Source of the DNA: Octopus sinensis
Taxonomy: Eukaryota
Assembly: GCF_006345805.1 (NCBI RefSeq)
Contig: NC_043015.1
Location: 11,222,001-11,286,000 of the forward strand
Direction of reading: 5' to 3'
DNA: 64,000 bases
Under the pieces are notes generated by a model. That model was not told where the DNA came from and did no database searches. It saw nothing but the letters and a program-made list of their open reading frames with translations. Shown here one piece after another: positions 52,269-64,000 of this stretch. The translations under genes were made by a program, and so were the position numbers. The number at the start of each line of letters is the position of its first letter. Position 1 is the first letter of the stretch.

Positions 52269-53361
52269 GTTTCTTTATTAGCCACACAGGGCTGCACACA
52301 GATAGAACAAATTACAAGGTAGAGCTTTTCTTTTGAAGGTTTAAAAAAAAAAAAAAAAGGAAGGGGGAGTTTCGATCAAAAGGGATCGTAAAAGGAGAGA
52401 AAGAGGACAAAAAAAAGGGGGGGTTAAAAAAAAAGGGGGGGGGGAGAGGAAAAAAAATTGATCAATAGGGATCGTTATCACAGAAATGTCAATATGAAGT
52501 GTAAAGGGGAGGACAGGTTAGGTTTACCCGAGGAAAGAAAAGCCTACGGAAAAGACCACGGTAACCTCGGTCAATGAAGTCACATTTTATATTTCTTTTT
52601 TTTTTTTTTTTTTTTTTTTTGCAAATAAGCAACTCTCTGTTTTCGATTTCTGGGTTCATAGGACTATGCTCAAGGTGGCTTCGTCATTCATACGTGCCAT
52701 TCTTGCTACATTCACCCATCTTTTTTTAAAACATTCGCTAGACAAACTTGCCTCTCTACTCTCACTTTCCTTTTCAAGTGGTACTTGAAGAAGTTGATGA
52801 GAGATTGACCAAAGAGGAAAGTGTTTGTCTCCAATCCTTTCAGACGCGTCCACCAGATACATTCTTTCGCCATAGCCACAAGGATGATGAAAATAGCTCT
52901 TCCTTCCCGTTTGAAGGAAGGAGGCGTGACAATATTGACGATAGACTCAGCTGATAAACCGACTCGTCCCACACGTGACAGCAGTTGTTCGACATAAGCC
53001 CACAGGTCGGAATTGTGGACACTGAACGAGTGCGTGCAGAACGGTTTCGTCGCTCTGACCGCATCTCGGGCAGGTCGGCCCCGTGTTTCTCGAGCCGTGT
53101 CTGTAGAGCTTATCCGAACGGGTAGCGCTTCTCGGTAGCACTGCCAGGCCAGGGATCTCTGGAAGTTGTCCATGGGCCCTGGCCCGAAAGTCGTCCCGAA
53201 CAGGCGGGTCAGGTACTCCTCGTCGACGTCCAGGTTCGCCCCGAGCTCGTCGTCGTACCTCCCCTCCACTAAACCCCTATAGAATGCTTTGGTTGTGTTG
53301 AAGTCACTTAAGGTCGACCCAGGACGGCAGAGTTGCTTGAGAGCAACGCGACACTCGCGGT
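52269..53361 (-). mobile_element. Tx1-clade retrotransposon, copy A (5'-truncated, ~1.1 kb; same subfamily as copy B)
   Basis: Near-identical to the 3' 1.1 kb of copy B (zinc-knuckle region and 3' UTR). Same 3' junction (gatagat|atgtttctttatt), with GATA repeats on both sides. Confidence 0.92.
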
Positions 53362-53374
53362 AGAAAGACAGATG

Positions 53375-53436
<62 letters not shown>

Positions 53437-53445
53437 CAGAAAGAC

Positions 53446-53501
<56 letters not shown>

Positions 53502-53511
53502 TGATAGATAT
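53362..53511. repeat. (GATA)n spacer between Tx1 copies A and B
   Basis: Direct reading. Confidence 0.95.
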
Positions 53512-53581
53512 GTTTCTTTATTAGCCACATAGGGCTGCACACAGATAGAACAAATTACAAGGTAGAGCTTTTCTTTTGAAG

Positions 53582-53615
<34 letters not shown>

Positions 53616-56600
53616 AGGGTGAGTTTCGATCAAAAGGGATCGTAAAAGGAGAGAAAGAGGACAAAAAAAGGGGGGGTTTAAAAAAGAAAAAAAAAAAAAA
53701 AAAGGGGGGGAGAGGAAAAAAAATGATCAATAGGGATCGTTATCACAGAAATGTCAATATGAAGTGTAAAGGGGAGGACAGGTGAGGTTTACCCGTGGTA
53801 AGAAAAGCCTGCGGAAAAGACCACGGTAACCTCGGTCAATGAAGTCACATTTTATATTTCTTTTTTTTTTTTTTTTTTTTTTTTTGCAAATAAGCAACTC
53901 TCTGTTTTCGATTTCTGGGTTCATAGGACTATGCTCAAGGTGGCTTTGTCATTCATACGTGCCATTCTTGCTACATTCACCCATCTTTTTTTAAAACATT
54001 CGCTAGAACAAAACTTGCCTCTCTACTCTCACTTTCCTTTTCAAGTGGTACTTGAAGAAGTTGATGAGAGATTGACCAGAGAGGAAAGTGTTTGTCTCCA
54101 ATCCTTTCAGACGCGTCCACCAGATACATTCTTTCGCCATAGCCACAAGGATGATGAAAATAGCTCTTCCTTCCCGTTTGAAGGAAGGAGGCGTGACAAT
54201 ATTGACGATAGACTCAGCTGATAAACCGACTCGTCCCACACGTGACAGCAGTTGTTCGACATAAGCCCACAGGTCGGAAATTGTTGGACACTGAACGAGT
54301 GCGTGCAGAACGGTTTCGTCGCTCTGACCGCATCTCGGGCAGGTCGGCCCCGTGTTTCTCGAGCCGTGTCTGTAGAGCTTATCCCGAACGGGTAGCGCTT
54401 CTCGGTAGCACTGCCAGGCCAGGGATCTCTGGAAGTTGTCCATGGGCCCTGGCCCGAAAGTCGTCCCGAACAGGCGGGTCAGGTACTCCTCGTCGACGTC
54501 CAGGTTCGCCCCGAGCTCGTCGTCGTACTCCCCTCCACTAAACCCCTATAGAATGCTTTGGTTGTGTTGAAGTCACTTAAGGTCGACCCAGGACGGCAGA
54601 GTTGCTTGAGAGCAACGCGACACTCGCGGTGCCATTCGCCCTTCCTCGGCCTCTTTTTGATCCACGACTGCAGTTCGGTCATGGAGACGAGCTGCGGGAA
54701 AGCGTGCCTCACAAACGGCGACCACACTGTTCACCGTCGTCTACATAGAGCCAGAGATGTCGCAGTCTCAGCGCGTGTCTGCGCATCATCAACCACGGCA
54801 TGCCCAGCCCTCCTTTTAACGGGTGTTGACAGCAAATGGATCGCCTGACCATCGGGACGCATCCTTTCCACAAGAAGCGAAAGAGGATGCGTTGTAGTTT
54901 GGTGATGGTAGGGTCGGGACAAGGTACGACGGTCAGGCGGTAGTAGATGACGGACGCGATGTACGTGTTCTCCACCTCCGCTCGACCTTTTAGGGACAGT
55001 TTCCTCTCGGCCCATTGCCGGGCGAGAGTGACCACCCTACTCGTTATCTCGTTCCAGTTCTTCTCCACTTGGAGGTCCGGACCAAACCAGACCCCGAGCA
55101 AATCAACCGGGCCGTCGGTCCAGCGTCCCACGACGGAGGCGCTGGTGGACGGCATGGGCTTGCTTCTCCAGGTGCCTAGTCGCAAGCCCACTGACTTTTC
55201 CCGGTTGATTTTCGCTCCTGTCACCGCTTCGTAGTTTTTCAGTGTCTCGCCGACCAGCTCGATGTGCTCGTGGCTAGACACTATGACGGTGACGTCGTCC
55301 GCGTATGCAGACACGCTCGTCCCGCATCCCAATTCTCGCGGGATGCCCCTAGAGTCGCCAGCTTCCGCAGTAGTGGCTCAAGAGTCAATACGTATAGAAG
55401 CGCCGAGAGGGGGCATCCCTGACGGACCGAACGTGCAATGTCGAAAGGTCTCGATAGATGTCCATTTACGCGAATTACCGAACGGATGCCTCTGTACAAG
55501 GCAGCTATCCAGCCGCGGAAGACGGGACCGAAACAGCCGCTCTCAGGACTGCCTCCAAGTATCGATGGTCTACCCTATCAAAGGCTTTTGATTGATCCAA
55601 GTTGATCAGGGCCCCACCCATGCCAGGTTCGTTAACTACCCTGTCTATGATGTAGCGCATCAGATGGAGGTTGTCATGGATGGTCCGGCCTGGCACGGCG
55701 CATGTTTGCGCCCTGTCGACCAGTTTTCTCGATGACAAGCGCCAACCTCTTGGCTAGCACCTTGGCCAAAATTTTCAAGTCTGCATTAAGCAGAGTGATG
55801 GGCCTAAAGTTATCTATTACATTTCCCTTGTTTAGATCTTTCTTCAGCAGTGTTACGGCTCCTCGGCTCACAAAACCAGGAATGCTCCCGTTTTGCTGCC
55901 AGTTGCAGTACACCGCCGCCAAGAGATCTCCAAACAAGTCTGGCATACAATTGTAAAGCTCGTAGGGTAGACCATCCAAACCCGGTGATTTGTCCCTCGA
56001 GCATTCTGCCATCGCTTCCCGCACTTCCGCCGCCGTGATGGCACCTTCGCAGCACCCTGCCTTTCTTGTCGAGAGTCGTGGTAGGCTATGTAGGTAGGCA
56101 CTGAAGTCCACCTACGTTCTTGCCCTCCACTCGTTCCGAACAGTCGGGCAAAATGCTGCTGAAAGGCCTCACACATTTTACTTGGCTCGAGCAATTCGCG
56201 CCCACCCTGTTCATCTACCAGTGACCGAATGGTGGCTTTGTTGCCCTGTCGCCTCTGCCACCCGGGCCTCTCTCGCGGCTCCAACACCTTCGTTCCTTAG
56301 AGCACGCATCCTAGCTCTGACAGCACATCCTTCGTGTTTGGCGTTGAAGTGTTGGTCGAGGGCCAACCTCGCCGCCAAAACGTCGGATGCGATGCCGCTT
56401 CTAATTGCCTCTTCTAGCTTCTTAACTAGCTCACCTCTACTCTATTTTCTATCTATGGCTAGTGCTTTGCTGTACCTAATCGCTTCTGCTTTTACTGCTC
56501 TCTTGAGGGCAAACCACCATTTGTTGTTGATGATGGCTCCCGTCAAAGCCCTCTTTACTAGTGTGCTAATCCGGTCTCTGAAAACTTGTCTCGATGGGAA

Positions 56601-57359
56601 AGACGCGTTTAGTTTCCAGTATCCGGGACCCTGCCTAAGTGTCTTACCTAAGTCTAGCGTACATGTCACAAGTTTGTGATCCGTGTAGCTGACTATGTGG
56701 AATTGTGGACATCCTATGCTATCTCTATCTACTGTCCTACACAGTATCCTATCTAGATACGATCTCGACGACCCGATGCGGTTGCTCCATGTCCACGTTG
56801 GCGCATTCGGGTGTCTAGTCGAAACCTGTCAGACAGTTGAAAGCGTCTGAGCAGGTCTCTGAGGCATTTGCATCCCCGTCTATTCCTATCTCTACCCACG
56901 TAGTCTACATACGTGTCCAAGGTAGCATTCCAATCCCCCACTAAGAGTAAAGGACGAGACGTTCCCAAGAAAATTCTAGACGTTGAAAGAAATCCGCCCG
57001 ACCTGTTAAGGGCGGTGCGTAAACTGATACGAGCCGAAAAGCGCACCCATTGCTGCCGTCGACATCCAGGACGACCAGTCTACCCTCCGGGTCTACGAAT
57101 ATTGTCCTTACATTGAGATCCAGACTCTTGTGAAAAAGTACCGCGGTGCACTACCGCCCATTCTCGGCAGACAGGGGGAAAAATAAATGTTGAACAGTCC
57201 GCCAAACATGGTCTTTAGGGCCCGCGGATTGTGGAGTCTGGTCTCGCTTATGGCTATGATTTCTAACTTATGTGACTTTATGTCATTTAAGAGGTACCCT
57301 TGTTTCCAAGGGGACCCCAAGCCACGCGCATTTACACAACCAATCTTGATCATAGTTCT

Positions 57360-57360
<1 letters not shown>
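53512..57360 (-). mobile_element. Tx1/L1-clade non-LTR retrotransposon, copy B (near-complete ORF2 plus 3' UTR, no ORF1), inserted in a (GATA)n array
   Basis: APE endonuclease motifs ([24 protein letters not shown]), RT motifs (KSPGLDGLPYELY, NFRPITLLNADLKILAKVL, LDQSKAFDRVDH, VRQGCPLS, AYADD) and a C-terminal [16 protein letters not shown] zinc knuckle. The element ends ...GCTAATAAAGAAAC followed directly by (ATCT)n, and GATA repeats flank both sides. Confidence 0.93.
53921..57353 (-). pseudogene. ORF2 (APE endonuclease + reverse transcriptase + zinc knuckle), split by multiple frameshifts
   Basis: The ORF-track fragments 57108-57353, 56753-57046, 56442-56669, 55674-56111, 55505-55738, 55281-55499, 54709-55332, 54479-54727 and 54003-54443 are colinear pieces of one ~1140-codon ORF, from ATG 57353 to TGA 53921. 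The frameshifts may be mutations or sequencing indels. Confidence 0.88.
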
Positions 57361-57423
<63 letters not shown>

Positions 57424-57432
57424 CAGAAAGAC

Positions 57433-57517
<85 letters not shown>

Positions 57518-57593
57518 GATAGATAGATAGATAGATGGATGGATGGATGGATGGATAGATAGATGGATAGATAGATTGATAGATAGATAGATA
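57361..57593. repeat. (GATA)n/(GATG)n spacer between Tx1 copies B and C
   Basis: Direct reading. Confidence 0.95.
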
Positions 57594-58735
57594 AATTTAT
57601 TTATTGGCCACACAGGGCTGCACACAGGTGGGACAAGTTACAAGGTAGAGCTTTTCTTTTGGGGGATGAAAGAAAAAAAAAAGGTGGCGTAGGTTTTCGA
57701 TCAAAAGGGATCGTAAAAGGGAAAAAAAATGAAAAGGGAAAAGAAAAAAGAAAAAAGAGAAAAGGAAGAAAAGAAAAGAAAAATGAAAAAAGAAGAAAAA
57801 AGAGGAAAAGAAAACGATCAATAGGGATCGTGTATCACAGTGTCTTGATGTATGGTGTAAAGGGGAAAGCAAGTAAGGTTTATCCGTGGGAAGAAAAGCC
57901 TACGAAAAAGACCACGGTAACTTTGGTCAATATTGTTATATGTTACCACATTTGTTTGCAAGTGGGTAACCCTCTCTTTTCAATTTCTGGGTTCATAGGA
58001 TTATGCTATAGGTGGCTTCGTCATTCATACGTGCCATCCTTGCTACATTCACCCATCCTTTTTTAAAACGTTCGCTAGACAAAACTTGCCTCTCTACTCT
58101 CACTTTCCTTTTCAAGTGGAACTTGAAGAAGTTGATGAGAGGTTGACCAGAGAGGAAAGTGTTTGTCTCCAATCCTTTCAGACGCGTCCACCAGATACAT
58201 TCTTTCGCCATAGCCACAAGGATGATGAAAATAGCTCTTCCTTCTCGTTTAAAGGAATGAGGCGTGACAATATTGACGATAGACTCAGCTGATAAACCGA
58301 CTCGTCCCACACGTGACAGCAGTTGTTCGACATAAGTCCACAGGTCGAAAATTGTTGGACACTGCACGAGTGCGTGCAGAACGGTTTCGTCGCTCTGACC
58401 GCATCTCGGGCAGGTCGGCCCCGTGTTTCTCGAGTCGTGTCTGTAGAGCTTATCCCGAACGGGTAGCGCTACTCGGTAGCACTGCCAGGCCATGGATCTC
58501 TAGAAGTTGTCCATGGGCCCTGGCCCGAAAGTCGTCCTGAACAGGCGAGTCAGGTATTCTTCGTCGACGTCCAGGTTCGCCCCGAGCTCGTCGTCGTACC
58601 TCCCCTCCACTAATCCCCTACAGAATGCTTTGGTTGTGATGGAGTCACTGAAGCTTGACCCAGGACGGCAGAGTTGCTTGAGAGCAACGCGACACTCGCG
58701 GTGCCATTCGCCCTTCCTCGGCCTCCTTTTGATCC
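57594..58735 (-). mobile_element. Tx1-clade retrotransposon, copy C (5'-truncated, ~1.14 kb; divergent subfamily)
   Basis: ORF 57993-58493 matches the copy B C-terminus (AWQCYR.ALPVRDKLYRH...[19 protein letters not shown]). The 3' UTR has diverged and ends GCCAATAAATAAATTT then (ATCT)n. GATA repeats on both sides. Confidence 0.92.
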
Positions 58736-59045
<310 letters not shown>

Positions 59046-59516
59046 GGAGGGAAGTAGATAGACAGATTACTCTTTATAACGCTTAGACATCCGGAGAACC
59101 AAGAGGAGGCCATTCCCTGAAAAATAATTTCACATCACCCCTAAAATTTGAACACTCCACTTCCTAGAAAATGGCCAAAGTTCTCTCTGAGGACCTTCTT
59201 CTAAAGTTCTTGATTCACATTATTCAGTCTGTCTTTATTACCGTCAAAATTGTAAACGTTAAATTTGTTACCATCCTCTTCAGCTGATTTAGCCCTTTGT
59301 ATCTGATTTCGACATTGCGTTACTTTCTAGTAAGCATTTGTGGAGTTCACGCGCATTCACTAGTAGTACACGTATACACACACAGTCACACACTGAAGGT
59401 GCATACATATACATACAAACAGACATGCAGGCAAATAGACAGTTAGACAGACATATATGCATGTATACATACATATGGGTGTGCGTATGTTTGTGTGTGT
59501 GTGTTTGTGCATGTAT

Positions 59517-59915
59517 AGGCGTAAGAGTGGCTGTGTGGTAAGTAGCTTGCTTACGAACCACATGGTTCCGGGTTCAGTCCCACTGCGTGGCACCTTGTGT
59601 AAGTGTCTTCTACTATCGCCTCGAGCCGACCAAAGCCTTGTGAGTGGATTTGGTAGACGGAAACTGAAAGAAACCCGTCGTATATATGTATATATGTATA
59701 TGTATGTGCGTGTTTGTGTGTCTGTGTTTGTACCCCCAACATCGCTTGACAACCGATGCTGGTGTGTTTACGTCCCCGTGACTTAGCGGTTCGGCAAAAA
59801 AGAGACCGATAGAATAAGTACTAGGCTTACAAAGAATAAGTCCTGGGGCCGATTTGATCGACTAAAGGCTGTGCTCCAGCATGGCCGCAGTCACATGACT
59901 GAAACGAGTAAAAGA
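59517..59915 (+). mobile_element. SINE family A, near full length
   Basis: Same head, core and tail as the other copies. Confidence 0.88.
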
Positions 59916-59974
59916 GTAAAAGAGAGAGATAGTATTTGTGTATATATGTATATATGCATGCATGAATGAACGAA

Positions 59975-60155
59975 CGAACTAATGAATGAATGAATGAATG
60001 AAGGATGGAAGGAAGGAAGGAAGGAAGGAAGGAAGGAAGGAAGGAAAGAAGGAAGGAAGGAAGAAAAGAAGGAAGGAAGAAGGAAGGAAGGAAGGAAGGA
60101 AGGAAGGAAGGAAGGAAGGAAGGAAGGGAGGAAGGAAGGAAGGAAGGAAGGAATG
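59975..60155. repeat. (GAAT)n-(GGAA)n microsatellite
   Basis: Direct reading. Confidence 0.93.
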
Positions 60156-60781
60156 TAGCGCAGTATGGCTGAATAATGAATATGTTTGTTTCGCAATCAC
60201 CAAGTGGTTCCCAGATTCAATATAGTTGCCTAGCATCTTAAACAAATTCCGTTCTGTACACCCTCGCCTAAAAAAACAAACATTCATTGCGAGTGAGATT
60301 AGGTATACAGACATATCATACACAGTACTTGCAAAGATTATATCAGCAATTCATAAGGTGCAGTTTTATTATGTACTGCGACGTAATTATTCTGCCTGAA
60401 AATTAAATTAAGGTTCCACGATTATGTGGAATGCCCTGGAAGTCACAGGATGATTCAGGAACCGTTTATACTGCAGATCAAACAAAAGAATCCGTATCTT
60501 CGAACACGTGGCCCAACAGCACAATATATGTGTATGTGTGTTTGCGTTTGTGTGTGTGTCTGTATGTGTATCTGTGTGCGTGGGATGCGTGCGTGTGTGC
60601 GTGTATACACATACATAAATGTCCACGTATTTACACATATATAGACGGATAACTTATCTACATACACATACAGCAATGTGTGTCAGGATGCGTCTTTTAT
60701 TTCATATACATATATATATACACGATTCAGTGTATGTGTGCGCGAATGTGCCTCTGTATATATCTGTTTCTATACAAGCAT

Positions 60782-60830
<49 letters not shown>

Positions 60831-61984
60831 TGTCTGTGTGCGTGTGAGTGCGTCTCTGCTGGCGTATTACGAGATGAAAATGCAAATTTGGAAAGTACAT
60901 CGTGTAAATTACATCCTGTTAAACACATATATATATTTCTCGACTGTGTGACATTGAATAACTATTCACGAACAGTTTAGAAGCCATCAGCATACATCAA
61001 ACGATAGTTTTGCTATCGTATCACCCAGAATTTTGAATAGATTCTTCTCGAAATATTATTAACGGTGCAGTCAGACCGGCGTCGATAATGCTATGCACAC
61101 ACTAGTTGCTTATTTAGTTGTAATAAAATTAAATCTTTTTACCGATACTATCACTGAGAATGAATCTTTAAATCACAATAATATTTAAATAATCTACCAT
61201 GTATGTATAAGTACGTGTGTATATGTGTTTGTCTGTGTGTGTGTACGTGCATACTCATAACAGTATGTATGTGTATAATTTATTGCAGAAAAGGCCATCA
61301 CTTTTATCGAGCCGTAACGGAGGAAGCAGTCCTCAGAGAAATATTGACATAAGCAAACTCATCGAATAGTGAGGTAATAGAATATGGTAACTGGCAGCTG
61401 GAACTCAGTTAACGACTGTGAAACTTGGAAAATCACGTATGTGTAAAGAGAGACAAGATTTTCAATGAATAAATTAAAAGTGTGTCGAATAAAATGAAAA
61501 ACGATATACAAATTACATCTCACTGATGAATGTAGATACAATTATTTCGATCAGATTATGCAGTATAATCTTACAACGTGTCTTTGCTAAAGTAAGATTA
61601 CATAAACCACAAGTTCACAGAATTGCATAGACTAATTTCTCTATTTTTCTACTTCTATATAAATGCTATATAATAACATCACTTGTCTCTGTTACATCAA
61701 GACGTTTACGCACTTGAATGAGATAATGATATAAGTATTTTCATGATTGTTCTTCAGTTTCTTTGGTGTGTGTTTTTTTATACATGTGCTTAAAAATACA
61801 ATATGCATAATTTTATTATAGTTGCAGTCAGAGTTGTTGTTTAGTCCCATATCAGTACTCAAGAAACAAACGTATTAATTTCTTTCCAGCCATTGCAATC
61901 ATATTTTGCACACTAATACTTTCATTCTTAAAATGGTAGTTATAAGATTTTTACCATCAACTTTGTAATATTTGTATAAGTTAT

Positions 61985-62377
61985 CGAATTGCGCCGAGGT
62001 CGACTTTGCTTTTCATCCTTTCAGTGTCGATAAATTAAGTACCAGTTGTGTATGGGGTCGGGTCGATGTAATCGATTAGCTCCCTCTCTAATAATTTCTA
62101 GCTTTGTGCTTAGAGTAGAAAAGAATATGGGTGTCAGTTACGGGCGACGAGCTGGCAGAATCATTGCGCAACGATAAACAACGCTGAGCGGCATTTTCTC
62201 CATGTTCTGTGTCCAACTTCTATCGAGGTCGACTTTACCCTTTATCTCTTTTGGAGTCGATTAAATAAGTACCAGTTGAATACTAAGTTCAATGCAATTG
62301 ATTTAATCCCTTCCCCGACATTGCCGGCTTTATACCAAAATTTGAATCGAACATTTGTATTAGTTAGAATGACTACG

Positions 62378-62425
<48 letters not shown>

Positions 62426-63270
62426 CGAACAGATAGACATGGTTAGTGAATATTTGAATTCATTATTTTTAACAGTATCGTTCGAACGTCACACAAAATG
62501 CTTAGCAGCATTTATTCTGAGTCTTAACGTTCTGAGTTCAATCTCAGCAGACGCCAACTTTGATATGTTTTTGTTGTTGAAATTAGTACCAGTTGAACCC
62601 AAGGTTCGATTTAATTGACTTATCATCTCCCATAACAACTGGCCTTCTGCCAAAATGAAGAAAATCTATTCCTTATTTATCAAAATAAAATGCTAAATAC
62701 ACAAACGATAACAATAAAATGACTGAGGGTTTCCTTCTTTAATCCTTTTATTCCATGTTCTTCATCCTCACTGTCTATAAATGTCAAAGTAGCACCTGAT
62801 CAATACTTTGAATATTAATTGAAATATATCTCTCAAAATAATATTTGAATATTACTTCAGGTATATCGCTCTAGGTTTAGAACAAGACCAAAATTTAGAG
62901 GAAAAAGCTATTCGTTTACATCAAATGATACCTATTTTATTGTTTGCGAAGTGACGAAAAACAAAGTCGACTTCGGTAAAATTTGAAGCTAGACCGTAAA
63001 AAGTCGGAAGAAATGCCGCTAAGCACTCTGGCAGCTCAGCGCCTTTCTAGTCCTTAAAATTAGTTTCAAATTGTTGCACAATACCAGCAATTCCGGAGGA
63101 GGGTGTAAGTTTATTGCATCAACCCCCAGTGCTCATTGGTCCTTGTATCCTCGACCCTGAAAGTATGAAAGTCAAAATCCACCCCCGTGGAACTTGAACT
63201 TAAGACGTAAAGACGGGCGAAATGCTGCTAAACAGTTTGTTCAGCGTGCCAAAAATCCTGACAGCTCGTC
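61985..63270. mobile_element. Cluster of about five degenerate SINE family C copies (three +, two -)
   Basis: GAGGTCGACTTT...GTCGAT..A(A/T)TAAGTACCAGTTG at ~61995, ~62225 and ~62540 (+); reverse copies at ~62900-63050 and ~63085-63270. Confidence 0.65.
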
Positions 63271-64000
63271 ACTTTTTCTTGGTCCTTAATATTAGATAAT
63301 CATTAAATGCTCTGGTTCTGACGTGTTCTACATCCTCTTAGACAACTATTACTTTCGTGCGACAGTCAAATGGAACCTGCAATCGACTGTAGATTCCACA
63401 TTCCGGACAGTACAGCCATGCACATATACATATTCTAGAACGCATCAAAAGGAGCTCACCAGAGTTACTCTCGTGCAGTCGCTGGTCAATGAATGCGAGG
63501 CAGGGGTTATTTTGCTATCTTTAAAATTGTGATTTTTCCTCCTCAGTACGAACAACTTCCTTTCTCTCTCCCATTCACACCATTTAAATTAAAGGTCTTC
63601 GTCTCATCCTTCAAATTATCATTTTAAAATCTCTTTGCTATAAACTTTTCTCCCAGTGCATCCGCTGTAAGCTGTAAGCCTTCTGTAATATCCAATTAAA
63701 TGTGGTTTTGTGTTCTCCTGCATGCATCCACTTCTAAACCATTTGGCGCGTCAATCTTTCTAGACGTGAAAACATTTAAATCGGATAAAATAATAATCCG
63801 ATCATATCACCGACAAAACTACTACACGTATTTGAAATATGTTGAGAACTTTGCTTTGCAACCTCGACCACTTGGATTTGACATCACAGCGTTATATTTG
63901 AGTGAATGTTATATTCTTTATCTTCGCATCGGCTCATCCGTTAAGTGTAAACATTAGCAGACAGAGCCTGAAGAGAAGCACTTTGGATACACCTGTAAGC

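Noticed and set aside
56182-56679. 165-aa and other plus-strand ORFs within 54242-57116
   Set aside because: Antisense shadows of the GC-richer Tx1 ORF2; no independent motifs.
63310-63450. CR1/L2-like C-terminal motif (YYFRATVKWNL)
   Set aside because: A single short resemblance with no supporting upstream motifs.

Overview
AT-rich, microsatellite-dense eukaryotic genomic DNA. The SINE families and repeat landscape point to an octopod cephalopod (inference from recognising the repeats, not from a search). Most short ORFs in the track are translated microsatellites. The main feature is a ~7 kb block (51933-59045) where three Tx1/L1-clade non-LTR retrotransposons lie head-to-tail, all in the same orientation, inside one (GATA)n array. 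They have no poly(A) tail and join directly to the repeat, which suggests a GATA-microsatellite-targeting retrotransposon. The middle copy carries an essentially complete but frameshifted APE-RT-zinc-knuckle ORF2 and no ORF1. Other contents: (i) a 1.08 kb spacer-less palindrome whose arms each carry a hammerhead-ribozyme-like motif, plus several other minimal hammerhead motifs of the Penelope-like-element type; (ii) relics of Tc1/mariner, RTE, R4/Dong-like and possibly Helitron elements; (iii) three tRNA-derived SINE families, including one twin-priming-type inversion, one copy with a 6x internal minisatellite and one head-to-tail trimer; (iv) several foldback/MITE-like elements; (v) a 1.5 kb tandem duplication that may be an assembly artefact; (vi) a tentative minus-strand, intron-rich host gene inferred only from phase-compatible candidate exons, including a 12-nt microexon. 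No rRNA, intact tRNA or CRISPR array was seen. Frequent single-base indels between near-identical copies suggest imperfect long-read polishing, so some frameshifts may not be real.
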